Positions 55,460-64,000 of a DNA stretch of 64,000 bases are shown one piece after another (position 1 is the first letter of the stretch; each line of letters starts with the position of its first letter). Made by a program: the position numbers and the translations under genes. The notes under the pieces are model-generated. The model was not told the origin of the DNA and ran no database searches. It saw only the letters and a program-made list of their open reading frames with translations. Source of the stretch: Gammaproteobacteria bacterium (lineage in GTDB: Bacteria > Pseudomonadota > Gammaproteobacteria > Steroidobacterales > Rariloculaceae); NCBI GenBank assembly GCA_022826245.1, contig JAJDVG010000032.1, positions 4,228-68,227 on the forward strand. Direction: 5' to 3'.

Positions 55460-58236
55460 GAGGCTCGGCGGCCCTGGGCAAGAGTACCGCTGAACGCGGC
55501 GGAAGACCGCCTCGCCGGTTTCCCTGCGACGGTGAGCTTCGCCACGGGCTGCGGTATCTGCACGGCGCGGCGTTCCGCCACGGGTTGCGGTATCCGCACG
55601 GCGCGGCGTTCTTCCAAGGGCTGCGGTATCCGTGCATTGCGCTTGTCCTGCTCGCGTTGGCGCCGGCAGCCGTGGCGCTCGCCCAGCAGGATGCGCAGTC
55701 ACCGGCCGATCCGTCGCCGGTCGAACCGCCCGCGCTGGAGCTACTCGAGCCCGACGCGGGCATCGCCGGCGATTCGGATGGCGTCGATGCGGAAGCGCAG
55801 GGCAGCGCGCCCAGCGGAAGTCCGCGAACGCGATACAACCTTGCGCTCGACGAGTTCGGCAACGGTGCGATCGAATCGGCCGTCGACGGGTTTCTCGCGG
55901 CGCGCGACGAGGCGGGTAGCGACATCGACCTGCGATACCGCTCGGCGTTCAACCTGGGCGTGGCGCTCGCCGCCCGGGCCGACGCAGAGCAAACGGAGGC
56001 ACCCGAACGGGCCATCGAGACGCTGCGCACGAGCGCGGCCTGGTTCAACGATGCGATCCGGCTCGCGCCGGAGACCGACGAAGACGCCCGCGTCAATCTG
56101 GAGGTCGTGCTGCGCCGGATCCAGCAGCTTGCCGATCAACTCAATCGGGGCAATGGGCTCGAGGCGCGGCTCGACCGGATCATCGACGATCAGCGCGGCC
56201 TGCGCGACAGCGTGCGCGGGCTGCATGCGGCGATCGAGGCCGAGGGCGCGGGCGCCGAGCCCATCGGATTCCAGCGCGAGTTCGAGGAGCTTGCGACGCT
56301 CGAGCGTACGCTGCTCGCCGAAGCCGGCAGCATCGGCGATCTGGCTGCCGAGGAGCGTGCGCTCATCGAAGCCGGGGACGAGGCCGAACGCACGGAGCAG
56401 GAACGCATTCGCGCGTTGCAGCTCGACGCGCTCAACGCCTGGCTGCAACAGGCGCGCCAGTCGCTCAGCGATGCGCGCAGGCGCCTCAGGCGTCTAGAAG
56501 CCGAGCGCGCGCACGAGCATGCGGAGGGCGCGCTCGCCGAGCTGAAGCGCGCACGCGAGCAACTGCTCGATCCCGTGACCGTCCTGAGGCGTGTTGCCCA
56601 GGACCAGACGCTGTTGCTCTCGCATACGCAGGCGCTCGCATTGCTGGCCAGCGGCAACCTGCGTCTGGACGCCGAAGACGGACCCGCCGCCGTGCCGCCC
56701 CCGTGGCTCGATGCCGAGCATCTCGGCAACCGCCAGGACGATGTCTCGGCGCGTACAGGCGAAGTGTTGGCGCGCTTCGGTGCAGGCGCGCAGGACGAGG
56801 CGACCGAACCGCCGCCCGATGCGAGTCCGGAGCAGCGGCGCTTGTTCGAGGCCGTGCGCGAGGCGGTGCCGTTGCTGCGGTCCGCGCTGGCGGCAATGCG
56901 CGACACGGAAGTGTCACTTGCAACCGCGGCGCTCGGCCCTGCGGTCGGAAGCGCGGCCGAAGCGCTCAGGATGCTCTACCGCGCGATCGAACGTTTCGCC
57001 GGCTTGCGCGACCTGATCGAACTCGCATACGCGGATCAGACGCAGGCCGTGGGACTGCTCACGCCGGCTGAGGACGGTTCGCGGCTGGCGGAACTTTCGA
57101 CCGAGGAGCGGGCGGACGCGGTCGGTGAAGCCGTCGATGCCAATCTCGACCGGCTGGAGCGGCTCGAGCGCTTACTTGCGGACGAGCGCGCCGCGGCCTC
57201 GAATGCGGCTGGCGCGGCCGGGAACGGCGAAGGATCGGGCGGACTGCAAGGCGCGAGTGAGCCGGAAGCGGACGAGCAGGGTGCGGTTGCGAGTGACGCA
57301 TCGCGCGAACCTGGGGCACGGGGCGGCGGCGACGATCCCGGCGACACCAGTGATCGGGGTGGACCAGGCAACGGGACTGGAGTGGACGAAGGAGGCGGAG
57401 CAGTCGATCCGGGCGCCGACGCGGAACAGCTTCAGGCGATCGTCGAACGCTTCGACCTCGCCGAACAGTTGCGCGCGGAGGCGGTCGCGACGCTCGAATC
57501 GCTGAACGCCGTGCTCGCGGGCGACGCTGACGGTACGGCGGGAGAGCCGCTCGGACTGGCGAGTGAGGCCTTGGCCTCGATCTCGGAACTGAGACGACTC
57601 TTCTTCAACATCGTCGAGCATCTTCAGGAATTGCTCGCGGCCCAGGCCGATACCTACGATCGCACGGCGGCATTCGGAATCGCCGCGGCCGACGCGCTTG
57701 ATGACGAGCTTGCGGCGGAACTCGGTCTGGCGACGGAGCGCCAGAACGAGCACACCCGAACGGCCGACGCGCTGACTCAGTCCCTGTTCGAGCAGGCCGA
57801 TGCGGCATCCGCCGCGCCCGCGGCGGGCTTGGCCGGCGGTCAAGCGCAACCGTCGGGCGAGCAGTTCGCTCAGGCGGCCGAGGAGGTGCGTGCGGCATCG
57901 GGCTCGATGCAGTCCGCCGGCATCGGGCTCGCCGATGCCACAGATGGATCCGGCGCCCTGACGCCCGATCTCGAGCCGATCCTCGGCGATCAGCTCGAGG
58001 CGATGGCACGGCTGGAGAACGCGATCCGGCTGCTCCAGCCGCCCGAACAGCAGCAGAACCAGGACGACCGGCAGAATGAGCAGCAACAGCAGCAGGAACA
58101 GCGCAGTCAGGAGCAGGAGATGACCCAGCGTCAGGCGCTGAGCCGCCTGCAGGCCATTCGCGACCGCGAAGCGGAACGGCGCCGCAACCGCCAGGAGCAG
58201 CCGGCACAGCGCGAACCGGTGGAGAGGGACTTTTGA
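55456..58236 (+). CDS. large Ala/Glu/Arg-rich helical membrane-anchored protein of the Bat operon
   Basis: 926-aa ORF, GTGA overlap with the upstream stop. TM or signal segment IALVLLALAPAAVALAQQ after a repeat-containing N-terminus. Long low-complexity helical body. Q-rich C-terminus. Confidence 0.75.
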   Translation: MRGSAALGKSTAERGGRPPRRFPCDGELRHGLRYLHGAAFRHGLRYPHGAAFFQGLRYPCIALVLLALAPAAVALAQQDAQSPADPSPVEPPALELLEPDAGIAGDSDGVDAEAQGSAPSGSPRTRYNLALDEFGNGAIESAVDGFLAARDEAGSDIDLRYRSAFNLGVALAARADAEQTEAPERAIETLRTSAAWFNDAIRLAPETDEDARVNLEVVLRRIQQLADQLNRGNGLEARLDRIIDDQRGLRDSVRGLHAAIEAEGAGAEPIGFQREFEELATLERTLLAEAGSIGDLAAEERALIEAGDEAERTEQERIRALQLDALNAWLQQARQSLSDARRRLRRLEAERAHEHAEGALAELKRAREQLLDPVTVLRRVAQDQTLLLSHTQALALLASGNLRLDAEDGPAAVPPPWLDAEHLGNRQDDVSARTGEVLARFGAGAQDEATEPPPDASPEQRRLFEAVREAVPLLRSALAAMRDTEVSLATAALGPAVGSAAEALRMLYRAIERFAGLRDLIELAYADQTQAVGLLTPAEDGSRLAELSTEERADAVGEAVDANLDRLERLERLLADERAAASNAAGAAGNGEGSGGLQGASEPEADEQGAVASDASREPGARGGGDDPGDTSDRGGPGNGTGVDEGGGAVDPGADAEQLQAIVERFDLAEQLRAEAVATLESLNAVLAGDADGTAGEPLGLASEALASISELRRLFFNIVEHLQELLAAQADTYDRTAAFGIAAADALDDELAAELGLATERQNEHTRTADALTQSLFEQADAASAAPAAGLAGGQAQPSGEQFAQAAEEVRAASGSMQSAGIGLADATDGSGALTPDLEPILGDQLEAMARLENAIRLLQPPEQQQNQDDRQNEQQQQQEQRSQEQEMTQRQALSRLQAIRDREAERRRNRQEQPAQREPVERDF
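55540..55635 (+). repeat. 36-nt in-frame tandem repeat, about 2.7 copies
   Basis: Unit CGCCACGGGCTGCGGTATCTGCACGGCGCGGCGTTC (55540-55575). Second unit at 55576-55611 has 2 substitutions. Partial third unit runs to 55635. Encodes (R)HGLRYxHGAAF repeats. Confidence 0.9.
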
Positions 58237-61034
58237 AGGCTCCTGTTCCCAGCTTGCGGCTCTGGTCCGCGCGTTTTGGCGGGCCGCTTGCCTCGGCAAC
58301 GGGTGTCGTCGTGGGACGCGGCATGACTTCGGGCGCTAACGCACGCGGGCAAATGGCGCGTTGTTCTCCTGCAGTTTCCGCGATCATTGCTCGTTTCGGT
58401 GAAATCTGTGCGCTGTTGTTGGCGCTGCTGCTGCCGATGCTCGCAAGCGCCCAGTCCCTGCAACTTCAGGTCGAAAGCAGCGACATCTATGCCGAACTGC
58501 CGTTTACACTGTCGGCGTCCGCGCAGGGCTTCGCGGACGAACCGCAACCGGAACCGCCCGAGCTTGCGATCGATGGCGCCGCGGTCAGCTATCTCGGCAT
58601 GACGCCGAACGTTTCCACGCGCATCCAGATCATCAACGGGCAGCGTTCGGAGTCGCGCGACGTCACGTTCATCTATCGCTGGCGCATCGAAACGCCCGCA
58701 GCCGGTGCGTACACGGTGCCGCCGCTGACCGTGACCCAGGGCGATCTGAGCGCGAGCAGCCGTGCGGCATCGTTCACGGCGCGAGAAATCGCGACGACGA
58801 GCGACATGATCGTGCGCATGGACCTGCCCGAGCGGCCGCTATGGGTCGGCGAGACGTTCGACGTCGCGATCGAGTGGCTGTTGCGCCGCGATGTCGGCGA
58901 GCAGCAGTTCGTCGTCCCGCTGTTCGATCACGATGCCGTCCAGATCGAGTCGCTCGCGACGGGCCGTGAGCGCACCCTCGCGTTTCCGGCCGCCGCGAGC
59001 CAGGTGGAGCTGCCGATCATGCAGGACGAGATCGTCGAAGCCGGCGCGCAGTACACGCGGTTCCGCTTTCCGGCGCGCGCCACCGTCACCCGTCCCGGAG
59101 CGCTCGATCTGGACCCGGTCATGGTCGCGGCATCGCTTGAAGTCGGCACGCGGCGCGACAGATTCGGATTTCCGACTGCCGCCTACGACCTCTTCAGGGC
59201 CGAAGGGGAGCGCCGCCGGCTCGTCGTCCGTGCGCTGCCGCTCGACGGGCGCCCGGCATCGTTCGAAAACGCCATAGGCAGTGGATTCTCGATCGGTGTG
59301 CAGGCGAGCCGCACGGTCGTGCAGGTCGGCGACCCGATCGAACTCGCCATCACCATCCGGGGCGACGGGCCGCTGGAAGGCCTGAGCCTACCGGGCCTCG
59401 GCGGCGAGGACGGCCTGCCGACGGAGCTTTTTTCCGTGCCGGATGCCGCGGCCGTCGGCATCGTCGATGCGGATGCCAACTCCAAGACCTTCGATGTCAC
59501 GGTACGCGTGCGCAGCGCCGAGGCAAACGAGATTCCGCCGCTCGCGTTTTCCTACTTCGACCCTGCGAACGGGTCCTACGAAACCGCGCGCAGCCGGCCG
59601 ATTGCCCTGTCGGTCGCCGGAAGCAGCCTCGTCGGCGCGGCGGACGTCACGGTCGCGCCCGCAGCGGCGGAAGCTTCCATTCAGTCGGCAATTCCCGGAG
59701 CAGCGGCGCCGACTGCGTTGTCCGGCGGCGGCCTCGCCTCGCTGACCGGAGCCGACATGTCGCTGAGCGCGCCCGGGAGCACGCTGCGCGAGGTCTGGGC
59801 GCCTGACGATCTGCTCCCCGTTCTGGCGCTGTTGTACACCTTGCCGCTCGTCTTCGTCGCCGGCCGTATCTGGTTCGTCAGGACCGGCGACCGGCGCGGG
59901 CGCACGCGAGAGCTTCGCCAGGCCCTGCAGCGCGTCGACGAGGCGCTCGCGGCGGGCGGCACGGCACGCGAGACCGCACCGCGCGTCGTCAATGCCATGC
60001 GCGCGCTTGCCCGCCTCGCGCGGCAGGAGCCCGCACGCGACGCATCGATTCTCGAACGACTCGAAACGCAGGCCTTCGACCCGAACGCCGCGGACCGGCC
60101 GCTCGACCCGGAACTCGCCGCTGAGGTCCGGGCGCTGGCCCGCGAGTGGATAAACGAGAGGACAGTGGGGGATACGGCATCTGCGGGCGGTCCGGCATCT
60201 GCGCACGGCTCCGCATCCGCGGGCGCTGCCACGCCGCTCGCGATCGGGCTTGCGTTCGTGATGGCCCTCGCATTCGCGATCGCTGCCGCAGCGTACGCGC
60301 AGTCGGCGAGTTCCGGCCTCGAAGACTCTCTCGCGCAGGCGCGCGACATCTATCAGGCCGCGCTCGCCGAGGACGACCGGGTGCGCCGCACGCGCCTGTT
60401 CTTCGAAGCCGAGCAGCAATTGAGGGGCATTGCGGATCAATACCGCAACGCACCGGAAGTCCTCGCAGATTGGGGCAATGCCGCACTCGGTGCACAGGAT
60501 CTCGGCCGCGCCGTGCTCGCTTACCGGCGTACGCTGAATGCGGAGCCCACGCACGAGCGCGCCCGCAACAACCTGGACTGGCTGCGCGACAGGTCTCCGG
60601 TCTGGTTGCCGCGCCCGGTCGAGCGAGGGGCGCTCGACTCGCTGTTCTTCTGGCATTACAGCCTGTCGCTCGCACAGCGTCACCTGATCGGCGCGCTGGC
60701 GTTCGCAGTCGCGGTTTTGCTGCTCGCGCCGTGGTCGGCGCGCCGAGCGCGCATGTTCCGGCGCACGGCGGTACCGTTTTTGATCGTATGGATTGGCGCC
60801 ACTGGCTCGGCGGTCCTCGCCGGCGGCGATGCTGGCGATGCCGTGGTCCTGAGCGACGGGACCATACTTCGCTCGGCCGACAGCCTCGGCGCCCCGCCGA
60901 CGCTGGCGAATCCCTTGCCGGCCGGGGCGGAGCTCGGGATTCTCGAATCGCGCGATGCATGGACCCGCGTGGAACTCGGCGACGGAACCCGGGGGTGGCT
61001 GGCATCGAGCGCCATCGAAGCGATAAGCCGCTGA
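58233..61034 (+). CDS. BatD-like protein fused to TPR and SH3b (BatE-like) modules
   Basis: 933-aa ORF. Start uncertain: TTG 58233 overlapping the upstream stop, or ATG 58323/58353. Signal LLALLLPMLASAQ, BatD-like N-terminal half, TM segments, TPR (LGRAVLAYRRTLNAEPTHERARNNL), C-terminal SH3b-like GAELGILESRDAWTRVELGDGTRGWL. Confidence 0.75.
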   Translation: MKAPVPSLRLWSARFGGPLASATGVVVGRGMTSGANARGQMARCSPAVSAIIARFGEICALLLALLLPMLASAQSLQLQVESSDIYAELPFTLSASAQGFADEPQPEPPELAIDGAAVSYLGMTPNVSTRIQIINGQRSESRDVTFIYRWRIETPAAGAYTVPPLTVTQGDLSASSRAASFTAREIATTSDMIVRMDLPERPLWVGETFDVAIEWLLRRDVGEQQFVVPLFDHDAVQIESLATGRERTLAFPAAASQVELPIMQDEIVEAGAQYTRFRFPARATVTRPGALDLDPVMVAASLEVGTRRDRFGFPTAAYDLFRAEGERRRLVVRALPLDGRPASFENAIGSGFSIGVQASRTVVQVGDPIELAITIRGDGPLEGLSLPGLGGEDGLPTELFSVPDAAAVGIVDADANSKTFDVTVRVRSAEANEIPPLAFSYFDPANGSYETARSRPIALSVAGSSLVGAADVTVAPAAAEASIQSAIPGAAAPTALSGGGLASLTGADMSLSAPGSTLREVWAPDDLLPVLALLYTLPLVFVAGRIWFVRTGDRRGRTRELRQALQRVDEALAAGGTARETAPRVVNAMRALARLARQEPARDASILERLETQAFDPNAADRPLDPELAAEVRALAREWINERTVGDTASAGGPASAHGSASAGAATPLAIGLAFVMALAFAIAAAAYAQSASSGLEDSLAQARDIYQAALAEDDRVRRTRLFFEAEQQLRGIADQYRNAPEVLADWGNAALGAQDLGRAVLAYRRTLNAEPTHERARNNLDWLRDRSPVWLPRPVERGALDSLFFWHYSLSLAQRHLIGALAFAVAVLLLAPWSARRARMFRRTAVPFLIVWIGATGSAVLAGGDAGDAVVLSDGTILRSADSLGAPPTLANPLPAGAELGILESRDAWTRVELGDGTRGWLASSAIEAISR

Positions 61035-61064
61035 TGCGCAATTCCGTCCGCGGTCTCGGGCGGC

Positions 61065-63098
61065 CTACGTCGGCTTGGTCCGCCTGATCAGCTCCATCGC
61101 TTCGGGCTCGGCAAGCCACAAGTCGCGCATTTCCTCGCGATAAAGCCACGCCTGTTCCTTGCTTCCCAGTGCGAACCCATGTGGACCGAGCCGGAGTTGT
61201 CGCGCCCGCTTGCGGATCAGGTAGCTGCGCACGTTGGGCAATACGTCCACGGCATGCCGCGCGGCCTCCGCTGCCATGTCCTTGCGGCCGATTCGTACAA
61301 GGGCAAGTACCCGGCCGTAAGCCAATTCGGCAAACATGTCGTCCGGGAATCGCGCGGCCAGTGCGACGGCGGCTTCGTTGTCGCCCGTTCTCAAGCAGAT
61401 ATTCATCAGCGACGTGCGCACGCCGTGGTTGTCGTTGGGGTTGAGATCGATGAGCCACTCCGCGTGGGCGCGAGCGGTTTCGATGTCGCCGCGTTCCTCG
61501 GCCAGCGCCTGGGCGCGGTACAGACATCGCAGGGAGGGCCGGTTATCGACATCCGACCACGGCAGTATCCAGTCGTCGGGCGTGTCTGCTTGCTCGATCG
61601 TCTGCCGCAGGATATCGATGGCGCGCAAGATCAGCGGTTGCTGCATCGATTCGCGCAAGCCGAACGAGTCGTTCATCGGATGAACCTCAACGGCGGTGGC
61701 GAGATCGTCGAGTATGTCGATACTGTCGAAGGCTTCAGGGTGGCGCTCGAGAAAACCCATCCATTGTTCCTCGACATCCGCTTCCCAGAGGCAGGAGGGC
61801 AGGCGCGGGAAGTTGTCGATGGAAAACGGCTTGTCGCCCGGAAAAATAGCGCGCCAGTCGGCTTCGAGTAGCTGTATGCCCTTCGGGGCTTCGAGCGCAA
61901 AGTGAGCGTCTTGCGCGTCGTCGACAGGCGTCTGTTCCGGTTCGATGTCCCGCGCCTGTTCGAGAAGTTTCGGCGCCATCGTACGGATATCGTCGTCGCT
62001 CACGCCCATTCCACGCAGTTGCTTCGCGATGGCCTCCTCGGGGTCCGCGTTGTGGCCGCGCGCCGAATCGGGGATCAGTGCGTAGCGCGGCAGTGGCCGC
62101 CGGTTGATGCTGCGGACCATTTCAAGCAGCCGTTGGCCTGCGCCGTCGGCGGCTTCCACGAGAACGCCTGCAAGCGCTTCGTGGGGGTCTTCGATCACGC
62201 CGGTCAGGAATTCGATCAAGCCTTCATAGGCCACATCATTGAGGCGCATCAAACGTTTGCGCCAGAAACGCGCCCGTTCACGCGCAGTGTCGCTACGATT
62301 CTCGGCGAGCAATAGCTGCACTTCGAGAACGCCGAGCAGCGGGTCGCCCGGAGCGTTGCGCTGCGCCTCGCGGAAGGCGTCCCAGGCTCCGGGCGAGTCG
62401 CCCTTGTCCATCCGAATCGTGGCGAGCCGTTGAAATGCGCTGGAGCGTAGCGGGGAGCGGGGCACTTCCGACCGGATACGATCGAGCAATTCCAGTTTCT
62501 TGCGAGTCCGACCCAGTTCGTCGTAGAGATCGCAGATCAGATTCAAGGCGTGGTCGTATCGTTCGTCCTTGCCGGCGATCTTCTTCCCGAAGACCGCTTC
62601 GAGGAAACGGACGGCCGTTCGGGGCCGGTCTTCGAGTCGGGCGTCGCCGGCGGCAATGATCAGGCTGTCGACGGGGACCTGGCCGGAAGCGACAATTTCC
62701 TTGCACTTTTTCGGCGGCAGGGCCGAGATAACCATCGGCCACAGCTCGGTTGGATTCAGAACGGGCATCTTCGGCGCGCCGGCGCAGCAACGTTTGTACT
62801 TCTGGCCGGAACCGCAGAAACAAGGCTGGTTGCGGCCGGGCATCGGCAGCGGAACCGGCTTGAAGTCGTTATGCGGTGCGGGCGTGGCGCCCCAGATAGA
62901 GCGGCCGAGGTGTACGCCGAGGAGTTTGGCGCCGCCCGCATCCACCGACACGCGTTCCAGCAGGCATCGCCGGTAAACGACCCCGCTGAACCAGCCGAGA
63001 AAATCCGTGAGTTCTTCCGTCACGATGATTCTTTCGACCGCGGTTTCGACGAGGTCGTGAAACGCGTCTTGCGGCAGGAGTCCGTCACGCGATGCCAT
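61065..63098 (-). CDS. SEC-C metal-binding motif / TPR-like protein
   Basis: ORF 61065..63281 trimmed to ATG 63098 (677 aa). SEC-C motif GRNQPCFCGSGQKYKRCC. Helical-repeat C-terminal half. Confidence 0.75.
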   Translation of the reverse strand: MASRDGLLPQDAFHDLVETAVERIIVTEELTDFLGWFSGVVYRRCLLERVSVDAGGAKLLGVHLGRSIWGATPAPHNDFKPVPLPMPGRNQPCFCGSGQKYKRCCAGAPKMPVLNPTELWPMVISALPPKKCKEIVASGQVPVDSLIIAAGDARLEDRPRTAVRFLEAVFGKKIAGKDERYDHALNLICDLYDELGRTRKKLELLDRIRSEVPRSPLRSSAFQRLATIRMDKGDSPGAWDAFREAQRNAPGDPLLGVLEVQLLLAENRSDTARERARFWRKRLMRLNDVAYEGLIEFLTGVIEDPHEALAGVLVEAADGAGQRLLEMVRSINRRPLPRYALIPDSARGHNADPEEAIAKQLRGMGVSDDDIRTMAPKLLEQARDIEPEQTPVDDAQDAHFALEAPKGIQLLEADWRAIFPGDKPFSIDNFPRLPSCLWEADVEEQWMGFLERHPEAFDSIDILDDLATAVEVHPMNDSFGLRESMQQPLILRAIDILRQTIEQADTPDDWILPWSDVDNRPSLRCLYRAQALAEERGDIETARAHAEWLIDLNPNDNHGVRTSLMNICLRTGDNEAAVALAARFPDDMFAELAYGRVLALVRIGRKDMAAEAARHAVDVLPNVRSYLIRKRARQLRLGPHGFALGSKEQAWLYREEMRDLWLAEPEAMELIRRTKPT

Positions 63099-63295
63099 TG
63101 GCGATGCTCGTTGGAAATCGAGATTTGCGCAGTATAAGTCCCTCCGCGACCGCCTGCGCCCGTCGGATAGAGGACGGTACAACGGAAAGCTTGATTCGCG
63201 AAGTACAGGCCCCTTAGGCTCGGCGGTGGCCCATGCCGTTCGTGGAGCGATCGTCGGATTCGCGGGCGACACGGCGCACATGACAGGAGAACGCG

Positions 63296-64000
63296 ATGGT
63301 ACGGATCGCTGGAATCGGAATGACGACGCTTGGCCTGTTTGCCGTCGGGATCACGGGCGCCGACGTTCGTGCCCAGGTACCCGACTTGAACGGCGTCTGG
63401 CAGGCGTACGCAAGCGTACCGCAATTCGGTCCGGGGCAGGCTGCGGCGCTGAGCGAGGAGGGCGCGCAACTCGTCGACGCTTACTTCGCCGCACATGGCG
63501 ACGAGTTCCCGGACCCGGGCGAATACTGCGTGCCGCCCGGCATGCCGTCAACGATGACGTCGATGGTCAGTTATCCGATCGAGATCATTCACTCGCCGAA
63601 CCGCGTGACGATGCTCGCGGAACTCGACATGCAGGTGCGGCGGATCTACATGGATGGGCGCGACTTTCCTCCCGACTACCCGACGTCCCGCATGGGCTAC
63701 TCGATCGGTCACTGGGACGACGAGACGCTCGTCATCGAGACGCGGCTGCTCGGCGAATACCTCATGCGTTCCTGGCCGCGCACCGAAAACACGTCCATCA
63801 CCGAGCGCGTTTACCGCGCGAACCGCGACGAACTCGATGTCGAGCGCAACGGATTTCCGCCCGAGAACGACAGCAGCGAGATCCTCGTGTTCGAGATGAC
63901 CGTTACCGACCTCACGCTCTACCAGGAGCCGCAACAGATCACGATTTACTACCAGAAGATTCCCGAAGTGGAGTTTCTCGAGTACGACTGCGCGGCGGGT
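63296..64000 (+). CDS. secreted hypothetical protein, 5' partial in window (paralogue of 35232..36305)
   Basis: Not in the ORF track because it has no stop before the window end. ATG 63296 is preceded by AGGAGA. I translated it by hand without stops to 64000: MVRIAGIGMTTLGLFAVGITGADVRAQ...CVPPGMPS...IIHSPNRVTMLAELDMQVRRIYMDGRDFPPDYPTSRMGYSIGHWDDETLVIE. Confidence 0.7.
   Translation, partial: MVRIAGIGMTTLGLFAVGITGADVRAQVPDLNGVWQAYASVPQFGPGQAAALSEEGAQLVDAYFAAHGDEFPDPGEYCVPPGMPSTMTSMVSYPIEIIHSPNRVTMLAELDMQVRRIYMDGRDFPPDYPTSRMGYSIGHWDDETLVIETRLLGEYLMRSWPRTENTSITERVYRANRDELDVERNGFPPENDSSEILVFEMTVTDLTLYQEPQQITIYYQKIPEVEFLEYDCAAG

Noticed and set aside
55540-55635. Tandem 36-nt repeats considered as a mini CRISPR array
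   Set aside because: The units are directly adjacent with no spacers, lie in frame within a coding region, and have no cas genes nearby.

Overview
High-GC bacterial chromosome segment (about two-thirds G+C by spot hand counts) with gammaproteobacterium-like gene order. Three parts can be read from the sequence.

(1) Conserved housekeeping backbone, 1-22.9 kb: a haem-c/beta-propeller protein, tRNA-Arg(CCT), an M23 peptidase, a PQQ sugar dehydrogenase, a cytochrome c, sucA-sucB-lpdA, yebC-ruvCAB, ybgC-tolQRAB-pal-cpoB, queE-queC and tRNA-Lys(TTT).

(2) Island inserted directly 3' of tRNA-Lys, about 22.9-33 kb. It opens with a tyrosine integrase broken by an in-frame TAG. An AT-richer block follows, holding four translationally coupled genes: a 428-aa orphan protein, a 686-aa protein with two HKD (PLD-nuclease) motifs, a 1187-aa SF2/SNF2-type helicase with a very large insertion between motifs IV and V, and a 131-aa small protein. 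No methyltransferase is present. A DUF433/DUF5615 toxin-antitoxin pair sits next to the cassette. I rate this cassette the most interesting object in the window: a candidate nuclease-helicase immunity system whose gene set I cannot match to any described system from memory.

(3) Accessory-looking metabolic and envelope region, 33-64 kb: a flavodoxin-like protein, amt, two TonB-dependent receptors with a DUF6152-like partner, a set of redox and hydrolase genes, a Bat/MoxR-vWA operon, a SEC-C/TPR protein, and a partial paralogue of an earlier secreted protein.

Other structure worth noting: a roughly 110-nt structured palindromic repeat present three times, each just after a gene stop, with compensatory changes in its arms; a 36-nt in-frame tandem repeat inside a bat-operon gene; and a decayed tRNA-like fragment next to the only long homopolymer run. 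I saw no rRNA, CRISPR array or IS element. All family names come from motif reading by eye. No database search was run.
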